Shown here piece after piece: positions 9,601 to 19,932 of a DNA stretch of 64,000 nt; the stretch's first letter is position 1, and each line of letters opens with the position of its first letter. Position numbers and translations under genes: made by a program. Source of the DNA: Spirochaetales bacterium (GTDB lineage: Bacteria > Spirochaetota > Spirochaetia > SZUA-6 > RPPD01); assembly GCA_016929065.1 (NCBI GenBank), contig JAFGJO010000014.1, positions 101-64,100 on the forward strand, given 5' to 3'. Below the pieces are notes generated by a model. It saw only the letters and a program-made list of their open reading frames with translations. It was not told the origin of the DNA and ran no database searches.

Positions 9601-10094
9601 ATAATGATGCGTTCTTTTCGTCGGACGACGCTGAATATGTCGGCGCAGTACCTTCCTGTGGGATGGTACTGCGCACAGATCTGAATATTCCCCAGTGCAG
9701 GAATCCGGTTGTCCATATCACAATATTCAATTCTGTTTTTAGTCTCATATGCCAGAATTGTACGGTAGAGTTTTCGCGTCTTGTCGATGTGCGTCAAAGA
9801 AAGCAGCGAAAAAACGAGGAACAAAATCGTCTTGAGGCTGTCAGGAGCATCAATAACACCGTGATCGAGGCATTGTTCGATATGCCGTACAAGCAGTTTT
9901 CGAAATGTCAAAAAACCATACATACTGCGCGGTATATTTATCAGCAAAGCAAGCCGGTCAAGATTGTACCTGATTTGGGTAATTCGGGTAAAATCACCAT
10001 TTAAAAAATCATTCACACCTGCCAGGATATTGCGGATAGCATATTTTTTTCTGTTAACCCGGAATATTTTCTCGCCATTTCCATTCCTGTTCAC
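9573..10094 (-). CDS. Hypothetical protein (173 aa), no recognisable domain
   Basis: GTG-initiated ORF filling the gap between the two HATPase paralogs; no RBS; unsupported beyond ORF length. Confidence 0.3.
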   Translation of the reverse strand: MNRNGNGEKIFRVNRKKYAIRNILAGVNDFLNGDFTRITQIRYNLDRLALLINIPRSMYGFLTFRKLLVRHIEQCLDHGVIDAPDSLKTILFLVFSLLSLTHIDKTRKLYRTILAYETKNRIEYCDMDNRIPALGNIQICAQYHPTGRYCADIFSVVRRKERIIICFSIFLKN

Positions 10095-10181
10095 ACACTT
10101 GCTGCCGCCCTGTAATCGTGCAGAAAGGCCGATGCCATAACGCCCGATGTTGTTTTAGAATTATTATTGAACAATTTTGGA

Positions 10182-12287
10182 TCAGAATATATCACAGGAA
10201 ATCACATTTTTATTTTCGATAATCCTCACCCTGTTTGCAAATTTATTTACAAGAAACAGCCCCCTGCCCCGAATCGAGTCGCGATGCGGCCTCCTGATAT
10301 TTTGAAGGAACGGCATGCGCAGCTCTCCCCCTTCATCCTGCACAGAAAAAGAAATTTTCTTTTTGAAACAGGATACCGTTACCGATGTCTTCCGTTCGGG
10401 ATTATTTTTGTTTCCGTGCTCAACCGCATTCAGGACGCATTCTGAAAAACATTGAAGGGCACGGATAAATACATCCCCCATGTAACGTCCATGTATGAAC
10501 TGCTCAAACTCATCCAGCACGGTTTTCACCGTATCCAGACTGAGATGATATGTCTTTTTCAGTTCGGTAGCAAAATCGAAGAAGATATACGAAACATCAT
10601 CTTTCTGGATCAGGGATTGTACCTTGTGAACCACCGCTTCGACAGATCCCGCAGAAAGTCCATTTTGACGAAATACCCCGTACAAGCCTTTTGTCCCGAA
10701 AACCTCATCACCGTTCCTGCTCCATTCAATCAAACCATCCGAATATAAAAGCATTCGTGTCTGTTTCGGTATCGTTGTTTCATTATTTTCATATTCGGCC
10801 GCAGACAATATACCCGACAGCAGCGGTCCGACCTTTCCGATGTCATCAAGGGCATAAAGACGGGAATTCGAAAGCAGGGGCAACGGATGCCCGGCGCTGA
10901 TCCAATCCAGCTTCCTTGAAAAGAGATGATATGCTCCTGCGAATATGGTGAGAAAGTTCTCGGAAAAGAGGTCGTGCTCGACGAGAAGGTTCTGCAATCG
11001 CTTCATCAGAATTTCCGGCGAGGTTATGTTGTGAAAGCGGATCCAGTCGTCAAGATACGCCTTCACAAAAGTGGACAGCATCGCCGCTGAAACCCCGTGG
11101 CCGGAAATGTCGCACAAATAAAATACGATCTTGTTTTTTACCCGAATCACATTATAAATGTCGCCGCCGATATTTTCACAGGGAAAGTACTGGCCTGCTG
11201 CCTGGATTATCCCGCATACAGGGAAATGCAATGCGACAAGTTTCTTTTGACACGCCATTGCTTCCTGTATATTCCTCTCCAGCGAGACAGAATATTCGGC
11301 AAGGGACTGTTCACTCACCCTGAGTTTTTCATTGGCACTGATGCTTTCGTTCAACAGTGCGGTCACATGTTCTTCCACACGTTTTTTACGGATGGCCAGG
11401 GCATAGAATTCCGCAATCCGCTTGACTGCCGCGGCATCCTCCTCGGTATAGCAGTCCTCCGGATGAGACAGGCCGATAAGCCCGGCATTCTCATCCTGCA
11501 GCAGGACGGGTGCTCCCAAAAACCCTTTCAGGGGAATATGTCCCGGAGGAATTCCCTTCGCCGAGGGATGCTCCGGCGAATTGTTCGTAAAAAACACCCT
11601 TCCGGTGTTCAAGGCATGGCCCCAGAGTGCAGGATACGACCCGTCGTTATTTGCCGGAAAAACAATCCGCTGGTTTTCGATATCTTCAATGGTGCATTGA
11701 CCCTGCATCATGTCGGTGAGAGTCAGCGAAATCAAATCCCCTGTCACCGGACTGACAACGCCCACAAAGCCATGCGCACTCGACGTGATTTTTTTTGCTT
11801 CTTCAAGGACTACCTGTGCAATGTCAGAAAGGGAAATCCGAGGTGTAATTAATGGAATATACAAACGCGCCAGGGCATTTGCCACCGCGAGCTCCCGCTG
11901 CGATTTCTCCCTGTTTCTTTTCTGTTCGGTAATATCCTGAATCGTCCCGACAAGCCCGATTATTTTCCCGTCATCATTGACAACGACCGCTTTTCTGAAT
12001 ACAACATCTCTTGGGGATCCGTCACCCCCTCCCACCGTCCATTCATACTCCTGCATCCCCGAATTCTCAAAGAGTTCCCTGTCTTTTTCATCATACTTTA
12101 TTGCGTTATCCGCCGGCCACAGGTCAAAGGCCGTTTTCCCGACGATATCTTGTTCCTGTATTGAAAAAAATCTTTCAAACGCCCAGTTGCAGAAACGGTA
12201 TCTGCCTTCTCTATCCTTGTAAAAGACCGGAATCGGAATGGTGTTAATGAGGGTATGCAGTAATTTCAAATTAATAATTCTGTCCAT
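10182..12287 (-). CDS. PAS-GAF-PP2C(SpoIIE-like) phosphatase fused to C-terminal HATPase_c kinase-like domain (RsbU/RsbW-type partner-switching fusion)
   Basis: N-terminal PAS (IPVFYKDREGRYRFCNWAFERFF), PP2C block (GGDIYNVI...LCDISGHGVSAAMLSTF), C-terminal HATPase (ECVLNAVEHGNKN...DEGGEL...GRGLFLV). Confidence 0.8.
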   Translation of the reverse strand: MDRIINLKLLHTLINTIPIPVFYKDREGRYRFCNWAFERFFSIQEQDIVGKTAFDLWPADNAIKYDEKDRELFENSGMQEYEWTVGGGDGSPRDVVFRKAVVVNDDGKIIGLVGTIQDITEQKRNREKSQRELAVANALARLYIPLITPRISLSDIAQVVLEEAKKITSSAHGFVGVVSPVTGDLISLTLTDMMQGQCTIEDIENQRIVFPANNDGSYPALWGHALNTGRVFFTNNSPEHPSAKGIPPGHIPLKGFLGAPVLLQDENAGLIGLSHPEDCYTEEDAAAVKRIAEFYALAIRKKRVEEHVTALLNESISANEKLRVSEQSLAEYSVSLERNIQEAMACQKKLVALHFPVCGIIQAAGQYFPCENIGGDIYNVIRVKNKIVFYLCDISGHGVSAAMLSTFVKAYLDDWIRFHNITSPEILMKRLQNLLVEHDLFSENFLTIFAGAYHLFSRKLDWISAGHPLPLLSNSRLYALDDIGKVGPLLSGILSAAEYENNETTIPKQTRMLLYSDGLIEWSRNGDEVFGTKGLYGVFRQNGLSAGSVEAVVHKVQSLIQKDDVSYIFFDFATELKKTYHLSLDTVKTVLDEFEQFIHGRYMGDVFIRALQCFSECVLNAVEHGNKNNPERKTSVTVSCFKKKISFSVQDEGGELRMPFLQNIRRPHRDSIRGRGLFLVNKFANRVRIIENKNVISCDIF

Positions 12288-12354
12288 AACTATAGTCTAA
12301 TTGTAGAAAAAACAAGATACAGATTCCAGAAAAAATCCATTAAACCAGACAATA

Positions 12355-12397
12355 AAAAACGCCCGACAGCCATGCGGCCATCGGGCGTTTCTTTTTT
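12355..12397. terminator. Bidirectional rho-independent terminator
   Basis: AAAAAACGCCCGACAGCCATGCGGCCATCGGGCGTTTCTTTTTT: GC-rich stem flanked by an A-tract and a T-tract, directly after the FecR gene stop. Confidence 0.5.
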
Positions 12398-12411
12398 ACG
12401 TGTTTCTGTTG

Positions 12412-13551
12412 TTATTTTTTCATGAAATCATCGCCGCCGAAAAAATCCTTGTCGTCGGAAAAACCGCCGAACGCATCAACCGGGAAATACCCGCCGTTTC
12501 GAAGCGCATAAAGTTTTAATGCGTATTTCATCCGGGCCAAATACCCGTCAATTTCGGGTTTAAGTTCATTGAGTTTTTCAAAAAACTGCTTGATCGACTG
12601 GCCGGGGCGGACATCGCCCGAGCCGTATCCCTGGCTGTAATAGTATTCAAGCTCCAGAAGCCGGAAATACACTCTTTCAAAAAGCACCAGGTTGCCTTTT
12701 ACCTTGAACAATGCGCCGATAATTTTTGCCTTTTCCTGCATGACATCACCGGACTGCGGAGCAAGCCCCTCCTTGTCCTGATCAGTCCATTTCTGCAGAA
12801 TGTCCTTTTTCAGCATCAGGTCGTCATAGGCGGCCTTCAGTTTTTCGTACGCGGTTTCAAACCGTACCGCAAAGCCCTGGATCGCCTTTGAGGCATTTGC
12901 CTTGAAAAGTTCAAGACGTTTCTGAAACCATCCCTGACGGTACTTTTCAATATCTGCTTCCGTGACGTTTTCCTCGGAAAACTTGCCGTTATCAGCATAT
13001 TTTTCAACCACTTTTCCCGGCTTTGCGTATAATGATTTTCCGCTTTCATCAACACATTTGACCGAGCCCTCGTTGCAGGTGACCAAAAGGTCTTCGGTGG
13101 GAGCTGTGCTGACGCGGAATACCGTACCGCGGACACCCATTGCAGCGGTTCGTGTCCGTACCTGGACGTCATTTTTTCCGGTCAACGAGTTGACATTCAG
13201 TCCGATTGAACCGGAAACCATGTCAAAGGAAGTCTGTTCCCCTCCATTACTTAATTTTGAAAGCTCTACCGAGAGGGCTGTATTCCCTTCGATATTCAAA
13301 TTCATCCGCTGGCGCTGGGGAGTGACAATCTCCATCTCGACAATGCCGTTATATCCGGTTCTAATGAGATCATAGTTTTCTATTGGATCCCCGATATTCA
13401 GGGTTTTCTGGGTCATCACCTTGCCGTTTCGCGTAATCGAGACAGTTCCGTCAAGATAGGTGATTTCTCCGATTTTCGGAGCTGCAAATAATCCAACGTT
13501 TAAAAGCAGCAGGCACAAAACGGCCAAGAGAATTGTTCTTTTTTTCATTTC
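12412..13551 (-). CDS. Secreted FecR-domain protein with C-terminal coiled-coil region
   Basis: Likely start at MKKRTILLAVLCLLL (signal peptide); FecR-like beta-rich core (GTVSITRNGK...AAMGVRGTVFRVS...VTCNEGSV). Confidence 0.7.
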   Translation of the reverse strand, partial: EMKKRTILLAVLCLLLLNVGLFAAPKIGEITYLDGTVSITRNGKVMTQKTLNIGDPIENYDLIRTGYNGIVEMEIVTPQRQRMNLNIEGNTALSVELSKLSNGGEQTSFDMVSGSIGLNVNSLTGKNDVQVRTRTAAMGVRGTVFRVSTAPTEDLLVTCNEGSVKCVDESGKSLYAKPGKVVEKYADNGKFSEENVTEADIEKYRQGWFQKRLELFKANASKAIQGFAVRFETAYEKLKAAYDDLMLKKDILQKWTDQDKEGLAPQSGDVMQEKAKIIGALFKVKGNLVLFERVYFRLLELEYYYSQGYGSGDVRPGQSIKQFFEKLNELKPEIDGYLARMKYALKLYALRNGGYFPVDAFGGFSDDKDFFGGDDFMKK

Positions 13552-13661
13552 AGATCCTCCATATAAAACATTATAACCCCTCATCGCAAAGGAATCCACT
13601 TCCTTGTGAAAGAATTGTTATGCAACACAAATATTTTGGATGGACAGAGCATGCCCCCCAA

Positions 13662-14759
13662 TTACCGGTGTACCTTAGTAAATATAGCACATAAATTATC
13701 AATTTTCGAAGATATTTTGCCGAAAACACGGCGCCAGACAGCAGGGCTTTCCATGCACATGTACAGCGGGGCGCCGGTGGACTCGGTAAGCCATCCGGCC
13801 ACTGAGCGGTAGATTTCGGTACGGATCCGCTGGATATAGCGGTGCTTGCCGTCACGACAGGGCACAAACTCGTCATAAAGCCACGGACGTGATCCCAGCC
13901 TGTCTTTTAGTTGAGCAGGATAGCGCACGGTTCCCAAACTTATCCAGACAATCTTCCCTTTTTCGAACTGCGACAGCTGATCTGCAACGTTCAGATACAT
14001 TTCCTGCCAGTTTTTCACACGGATAATCGGATCAAAATGAAACGCAAGAAGATACCCTGCCTTTACTGCCTTGTCAGCCGCTTCCAGCCGCTGTGCAAGA
14101 GAACTGGCAATCCCTTCTTCTGCATCGATAATTTCCTGGGGATTCAGGGAAAACGCGACAACAGCTTTTCCCTTGTTTGGAATACCCAGCAGATGATCGA
14201 CAAAATGGGATTTTGTTTTCACCTCGAAATATACATTCGGAAACTGTGCACAGTGTTCGATGAAATTCTTCGACAGTTCAAAAAGAGGATCATAAAAAAG
14301 TGAGTCCCCTGTCTCTCCGGTGCCGATCCGGATCGGGGTATCAGGATTGGATTGGATCACCTCATCGAGCTCCTTTGTGATCGCTTCAATGTCCACATTA
14401 ACGGTCACCGGTTCAAAATTGAGATATGCCTGCATAATGCAGTAGCTGCAGCCGATCGGACACCCCTCGTATAAATTTATTGTCAGATAATTGCAGCAGA
14501 GGTGCCGCTTTGAGCCCGGGCAGGGGCCGAACTTTTTTCCCGGAGTTGCAGTTAAAAAAACAGTCTTTTGATTTTTATGTTTTTCCGGAATGTCATCTTT
14601 CGATGCGACAATACTGAACGGCACCCCGGGGAGCCGTTCAGTGACACGGCAGGCGGCCAAAGAATCCTTTGCAGCCGGGGTTGCATACACGGCATGAATA
14701 TAATCGTTATAGAAGTGTGAATAATTCATCGATATGATTCTCGAATGCCTGCAGGGCAT
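13662..14759 (-). CDS. splB: Spore photoproduct lyase family radical-SAM DNA repair enzyme (SplB homolog)
   Basis: CPIGCSYCIMQ (CX3CX2C radical-SAM cluster); EVKTKSHFVDHLLGIPNKGK and RLEAADKAVKAGYLLAFHFDPI align closely with B. subtilis SplB (FVTKFHHVDHLLDAKHNGK; RIEAAVKVAKAGYPLGFIVAPI). Likely start at MNYSHFY (about 14729). Confidence 0.8.
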   Translation of the reverse strand: MPCRHSRIISMNYSHFYNDYIHAVYATPAAKDSLAACRVTERLPGVPFSIVASKDDIPEKHKNQKTVFLTATPGKKFGPCPGSKRHLCCNYLTINLYEGCPIGCSYCIMQAYLNFEPVTVNVDIEAITKELDEVIQSNPDTPIRIGTGETGDSLFYDPLFELSKNFIEHCAQFPNVYFEVKTKSHFVDHLLGIPNKGKAVVAFSLNPQEIIDAEEGIASSLAQRLEAADKAVKAGYLLAFHFDPIIRVKNWQEMYLNVADQLSQFEKGKIVWISLGTVRYPAQLKDRLGSRPWLYDEFVPCRDGKHRYIQRIRTEIYRSVAGWLTESTGAPLYMCMESPAVWRRVFGKISSKIDNLCAIFTKVHR

Positions 14760-15579
14760 TCACCTTTTTATTGAAATTCTGCCTTGAGACAAACGGGAAC
14801 CGGATAAAAAATGCCTCGCCTTCAAAATTATCTGGAGCCGACAGGGCAATCCCCTGTTTGCGCAGCAGCTGTGCATGCTGCAAAAATTCTTTCTGCATGG
14901 AAGAGAGGTTCGGATACCGGGCAGCCTCAAGAAGTTTTACCGGATCTGGCGCGTCCAACATGGTACGGCAGAGTGCTGATGTTTCTTTTTCTGCCAGCCC
15001 GTCACGCTGCATGACCTCATGGAGCTGTTCGAGAAAAATGCGGCGCTCGCTGTGGGTGAGTTTTTCCTTCTTTTCGTATACCAGTGCAATGCAGGGTTCC
15101 GGAAGGCTGACAATCTTTTCCGCTGATTTTATATCAAGCATCCGGCTCTGCACGAGTTTTTTTAATGAATCCGGAAAACCGATATACTTTTCTGTTTTTT
15201 TCTGCCAGTCGGTAAACCGTCCCGCTTCAATGGTCTGAATTATTGCATCATCAACAGCAATATTGTTTATAAGGCAGAACTCCAGTATGTTTTTGCGTTC
15301 TTCCCAGGAATAACTTCCCGCCCTGTTCTCCAGGGCAATCGCAATATAAAGCAGATCCTTTTTTTCAGCCGGGGAAATCCGCATGCAGGGAAGTTCAGGG
15401 ATTCCAATATCCCGTGCCTGCCGCATCAGGGAAAATCCCCATATTGGCACGTCATCGGCAAGGATCACCGGTGGGGTGAGGTTATTTTCAAAAAGAAGCT
15501 TCGGCCATGCTTTTATATCCAGAAACAGGTCATACTCACCGGACATGGAGAGCAGGGCTTCAAAGGGTGAAATGGTCAT
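14707..15579 (-). CDS. Hypothetical protein with ParB N-terminal-domain-like (ParB/Srx fold) region; overlaps splB start
   Basis: PVILADDVPIWGFSLMRQARDIGIPELPCMRI...IALENRAGSYSWEERKNIL resembles the ParB-N consensus (GxRRxrAa...ENlqRxxLxxxEea); no HTH recognised. Confidence 0.45.
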   Translation of the reverse strand: MTISPFEALLSMSGEYDLFLDIKAWPKLLFENNLTPPVILADDVPIWGFSLMRQARDIGIPELPCMRISPAEKKDLLYIAIALENRAGSYSWEERKNILEFCLINNIAVDDAIIQTIEAGRFTDWQKKTEKYIGFPDSLKKLVQSRMLDIKSAEKIVSLPEPCIALVYEKKEKLTHSERRIFLEQLHEVMQRDGLAEKETSALCRTMLDAPDPVKLLEAARYPNLSSMQKEFLQHAQLLRKQGIALSAPDNFEGEAFFIRFPFVSRQNFNKKVNALQAFENHIDELFTLL

Positions 15580-15640
15580 GGAATTAAGGTATCAAAGAAA
15601 CGGCTCATCGCCAAGCGGCAGTTAAAAGAAAATCTCTCAC

Positions 15641-15665
15641 GAAGGACGCAAAGGACGCGAAGGTG
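15641..15665. promoter_or_regulatory. Tandem 9-nt direct repeat GAAGGACGC-AAAGGACGC-GAAGG in divergent promoter region (ParB-like/splB vs recQ)
   Basis: Seen directly; ~60-85 nt upstream of the 15579 start codon. Confidence 0.25.
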
Positions 15666-15856
15666 TGGCCAGGAGAAGAAATAAAAATAAACCGCTGACC
15701 GACACAGATGGAAAAATCAAGGTTCTATATGAAAAAATAAGCATTCCAATTTAGTCATCATAAAAACTCTCCTCTGACACAAATGCGGAGCACTCCTTTT
15801 TCTTCTCCTATTTTCCTGTTTACAAAAGGCGCTTTCTGTGCTTATATACCCTCTCC

Positions 15857-17299
15857 ATGGAAGAACACACTCCTCAATCAGTATTGCAACATTATTTTGG
15901 ATTTGATTCCTTTCGCGGACTTCAGACAGAAGTGATCACTCGTTTAATTGAAGAAAAAAAACACTGTCTTGTACTCATGCCCACCGGCAGCGGGAAATCG
16001 CTCTGTTTTCAGATACCGGCTTTGTTGTTTCCCGGAAAAACAATTGTCATCAGTCCGTTAATCGCGTTGATGCAGGACCAGGTGAACAACCTGAAAGCCA
16101 GGAACATCCCGGCCGCGTTTATCAATTCCACGGTGTCACGTATGCAGCGCGAGAAGCGGCTTCATGATTTTTTATACGGAAACATCAAAATGCTGTACGT
16201 CACGCCGGAGAGGTTCAAACGGCAGGAATTTGCAGTGCAGATCCGGCGCGTAAACTTAAGCCTGCTCGCGGTGGACGAAGCCCACTGTATCTCGACCTGG
16301 GGTCATGACTTTCGTCCTGATTACAGCCGTATCCATGAAATCCGTGAAATGCTGGGCAATCCCTTGACGATTGCCCTCACTGCAACTGCAACAACAGAAG
16401 TTCAGCACGATATAATAGAAAAACTTGGTATAACTCCTGATAAAATAAAAGTATTCCATCAGGGGATTACCCGACCGAATCTCAGGCTGGAAGCGATCGA
16501 GGTAATGGATGACAACCAGAAGCTTGAAAACATTGTCAATACAATAAAAGAAACTGACGGCAGCGGAATTGTATACTTTTCTTTAATAAAAATTCTTGAA
16601 CGATTTTCCGATCTGCTTCAGCAGAAACAAATACCGCATCTGATTTATCACGGCAAACTTGATGCCGGAGGCCGAAAACAAATATTGAATCAGTTTATGT
16701 CAGGCAGCCTTCCGGTACTCGCCACAAACGCATTCGGCATGGGAGTAGACAAGGCCGATATCCGTTACGTGCTTCATGCAGAGATTCCCGGTTCGATTGA
16801 ATCATACTATCAGGAGATCGGCCGTGCCGGAAGGGACGGTAAAAACTCTGTCTGCAGACTTTTATACAATCAGGATGATTTGCTCACCCATATGGAATTT
16901 ATAAAATGGTCAAATCCAGAACCGGAGTTCTATAAAAAACTGTATCAGCTGTGTGAAACAAATATAAAAAACATAAACTCACTTGGACTGGACTATATGC
17001 GCGACCAGCTCGTTTTTAAAAATCGGTTCGACTTCCGTCTTGAAACTGCACTGGGAATGCTCGAACTGCATGGTGCTGCAAGCGGACACCCTGAAACAGG
17101 GAATCTGAAAATTACCGGCCCGTTGCCGGATTCCCTTGTCGATCAGGGCCGTCACGATGAGAAAATACTCGCCGACCGGAAAAAACTGTTAGCTGTGGTA
17201 AACTACTTTAAAACCGAAGAGTGCCGCAGACAGTATATTGAGGAGTATTTCGGGTTTAAAGATGAACCGGCCTGCGGTAATTGTGATGTGTGCGGATAA
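15857..17299 (+). CDS. recQ: ATP-dependent DNA helicase, RecQ family (short form without HRDC)
   Basis: FGFDSFRGLQ, LVLMPTGSGKSLCFQIPAL (Walker A), DEAH (VDEAHCISTWGHDFRP), zinc-binding C-terminal CGNCDVC. Confidence 0.85.
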   Translation: MEEHTPQSVLQHYFGFDSFRGLQTEVITRLIEEKKHCLVLMPTGSGKSLCFQIPALLFPGKTIVISPLIALMQDQVNNLKARNIPAAFINSTVSRMQREKRLHDFLYGNIKMLYVTPERFKRQEFAVQIRRVNLSLLAVDEAHCISTWGHDFRPDYSRIHEIREMLGNPLTIALTATATTEVQHDIIEKLGITPDKIKVFHQGITRPNLRLEAIEVMDDNQKLENIVNTIKETDGSGIVYFSLIKILERFSDLLQQKQIPHLIYHGKLDAGGRKQILNQFMSGSLPVLATNAFGMGVDKADIRYVLHAEIPGSIESYYQEIGRAGRDGKNSVCRLLYNQDDLLTHMEFIKWSNPEPEFYKKLYQLCETNIKNINSLGLDYMRDQLVFKNRFDFRLETALGMLELHGAASGHPETGNLKITGPLPDSLVDQGRHDEKILADRKKLLAVVNYFKTEECRRQYIEEYFGFKDEPACGNCDVCG

Positions 17300-17458
17300 A
17301 TATCAAGTGTGAGTGCAAGAATACATTTTACACAAAGGGCACAAAGAACACAAAAATTAAAATACAGAATATGCTACATTTTTAAATCAATCAGCAGGAC
17401 TTTATAAATCTTCCTCTTTCCTTTGTGAACTTCTTGAGCTTTGTAAAAACCTCTTTTG

Positions 17459-19918
17459 CTAATCTTTTTCCAGCGATTTCCGCTTAAGGCGCAGAGAATT
17501 GGCAACAACATTAATCGAACTGAAGGCCATCGCAAGTTCCGCAATTGCGGGATGAAGTATTCCCAGTACCGCGGCAGGAACCGCGATAACATTATAAAAA
17601 AATGCCCAGAACAAGTTCTGCATGATCTTTCTGAATGTCGCCCTGGAAAGCCTGATCGCCTTTACGACCCCCATCAAGCTGCCTGAAACAAGCGTAATAT
17701 CCGAAGCCTCAATCGCAATATCCGTTCCGGTTCCAATGGCAATCCCGACATTCGCCTGCTTCAACGAAGGGGCATCGTTAATCCCGTCACCCACCATCGC
17801 AACAATTCTGCCCTGTTCCTGGAGCTCTCTTACCACTGCTATTTTTTGAGATGGAAGCAGTTCTGCTTTCACTTCATCAATGCCTGCTTCCTGTGCTATC
17901 GCATCAGCCGCTTTTTTATTGTCGCCGGTGAGCATTATTGTTTTTATTCCCAGTGCATAAAGTTCCTTTAACGCCTGAGCAGAGTCGCTTTTTATCCGGT
18001 CGGATACAGCAATCATTCCGATTGTTTTATTCTCCTGAGCAGCAATAATGACTGTATTCCCTTTATTGAGATGTTCATCAATCCTTGAATCAAATTCATT
18101 CGTATCGATATTCAGTTCCCGGAAATAATTAATGCTTCCCACAACAATTTTTTTTCCGTCAAAAATCGCTTCAATCCCTTTTCCCGTGACTGCTGTAAAC
18201 TTTTCAGGCTTTCCTATCCCTGCACCGTCTGATTCCGCCTTTTGAACAACTGCGCGGGCCAGCGGATGCTCCGAAAGGTTTTCGACTGAGGCGACAATTT
18301 TTAAAAATTCATTTTCCTTGATATTTGCTGAAACCGAGGTTACTGAAGGCTTGCCGACGGTAATTGTGCCAGTCTTGTCGAACACCACCGTATCTATTTT
18401 TTGCGCGGCCTGAATCGCTTCACCATTACGGATAAGAATTCCATTCGTCGCCCCCTTGCCCATACCGACCATCAGCGCAGTGGGGGTGGCAAGTCCAAGC
18501 GCACAGGGACACGCAATCACCAGTGTGGCAATTGAAGCAAAAAGCGCCATCGACACAAGATTTCTGTCAAGATTAATCCAGGGGATGTATGCTGAAAATG
18601 ATGAAAGTATACTGCGTCCTGCTTCGGGAAATATCATCCAGAACAGAAATGTCGCAGCCGCAATCAATAAAACAATTGGAACAAAAATGGAAGTTACTTT
18701 GTCGGCAAATGCCTGAATCGGAACCTTTGTGCCCTGCGCTTCTTCCACCATTTTGATAATCTGTGATAAAAAAGTATCCTTGCCGATTTTTTCTATTTTT
18801 ACTTTTATCGCACCCTGCTGGTTTACCGTCGCGCCGATCACCTTGTCTGATACGGTTTTGTCAACCGGGATCGATTCCCCGGTGGCGATTGACTCGTCTA
18901 TTGCAGTACTGCCCTCAATAATTTCACCGTCCACCGGGATTTTTTCGCCGGGACGGACCAGCACACGGTCATTTATCTGCAAGACCTCTACCCCGACATC
19001 GGTGAATGTCCCGTCATCATTTTCGCGGTGCGCGGTTTTTGCGCCGAGTTCCAGAAGCTGCTTGATCGCCCGGGAAGCCTTTCCGGTGGCCATCTCTTTT
19101 AGATAGTTCCCGATATAATTAATGCTCATGATCATGGCACCGACAACCGCGAAGTTCTCGATATCCATTCCGAACAGTTTGAGAATACCGGTTGAATACG
19201 CGGCAATTGTCCCGATGCCGATCAGTGAATCCATAGTGAAAGAAAGTTTTCGGATGGAAAAAAAAGTCGCCCGGATTACCGGAAAACCGATGATAAAAAT
19301 CACGGGAAACGCAAGAATCAAATCGATCCAGAAGGAAATCTGCGGCCCGCCTATATGAAATCCAAAAAACATTTCCCCAAGCATTTTGAATGTCAGCGGG
19401 ATGGAAATTGCCCATGCCAGTATAAGGCGTCTTCTCTCTTTTTCCAGATGGCTCAGTTTTTTTGATTCAGCCTGTCCGGTTTCAATCAGCTCATAACCGG
19501 CATTTTTTACCTGTTTACTGAATTGCCCGAAATCAGCAGTCCCTTTTTTAAAGGAAACAACCGCCTTTTTGTCGGTAAAACTGACTGTTGCTTTTTCCAC
19601 TCCGGGAACAGACTGTAATGCTTTTTCGACAGTAATCGCACAGGAGGAACAAGACATCCCGCTCACCATATATGTTTTATCTGTCGATTCAGTATCCGAT
19701 GAAACAAAAGCGTCATAACCGGCCCCTTTGACAGTTTCGATCAGCAAACTGTTTGAAAACATGGATTCTGTTTCAATAAAGGCGTTTTTTGATGCAAAAC
19801 TGACATTCGCGTGTCGGACACCATCAATCTTTGACAAAGCTTTTTGAATCCGGTCTGAACATGAAGTACAGCTCATTCCCTCTATATCAAGTTTTATTTT
19901 CCGGGTCATTTCATTCAC
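17459..19918 (-). CDS. copA: Copper-translocating P1B-type ATPase with two N-terminal HMA domains
   Basis: Two GMSC(T/S)SC metal-binding motifs, CPC ([11 protein letters not shown]), [15 protein letters not shown]. Confidence 0.9.
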   Translation of the reverse strand: MNEMTRKIKLDIEGMSCTSCSDRIQKALSKIDGVRHANVSFASKNAFIETESMFSNSLLIETVKGAGYDAFVSSDTESTDKTYMVSGMSCSSCAITVEKALQSVPGVEKATVSFTDKKAVVSFKKGTADFGQFSKQVKNAGYELIETGQAESKKLSHLEKERRRLILAWAISIPLTFKMLGEMFFGFHIGGPQISFWIDLILAFPVIFIIGFPVIRATFFSIRKLSFTMDSLIGIGTIAAYSTGILKLFGMDIENFAVVGAMIMSINYIGNYLKEMATGKASRAIKQLLELGAKTAHRENDDGTFTDVGVEVLQINDRVLVRPGEKIPVDGEIIEGSTAIDESIATGESIPVDKTVSDKVIGATVNQQGAIKVKIEKIGKDTFLSQIIKMVEEAQGTKVPIQAFADKVTSIFVPIVLLIAAATFLFWMIFPEAGRSILSSFSAYIPWINLDRNLVSMALFASIATLVIACPCALGLATPTALMVGMGKGATNGILIRNGEAIQAAQKIDTVVFDKTGTITVGKPSVTSVSANIKENEFLKIVASVENLSEHPLARAVVQKAESDGAGIGKPEKFTAVTGKGIEAIFDGKKIVVGSINYFRELNIDTNEFDSRIDEHLNKGNTVIIAAQENKTIGMIAVSDRIKSDSAQALKELYALGIKTIMLTGDNKKAADAIAQEAGIDEVKAELLPSQKIAVVRELQEQGRIVAMVGDGINDAPSLKQANVGIAIGTGTDIAIEASDITLVSGSLMGVVKAIRLSRATFRKIMQNLFWAFFYNVIAVPAAVLGILHPAIAELAMAFSSINVVANSLRLKRKSLEKD

Positions 19919-19932
19919 CTCTCTGTGAAACG

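Noticed and set aside
9196-10094. 134-aa and 173-aa ORFs as one frameshifted gene, a full duplicate of the PP2C-HATPase gene
   Set aside because: In-frame sequence upstream of the 134-aa ORF reaches a stop within ~40 codons and shows no similarity to the parent. The 173-aa ORF shows no similarity to the PP2C region. Only the HATPase segment is duplicated.
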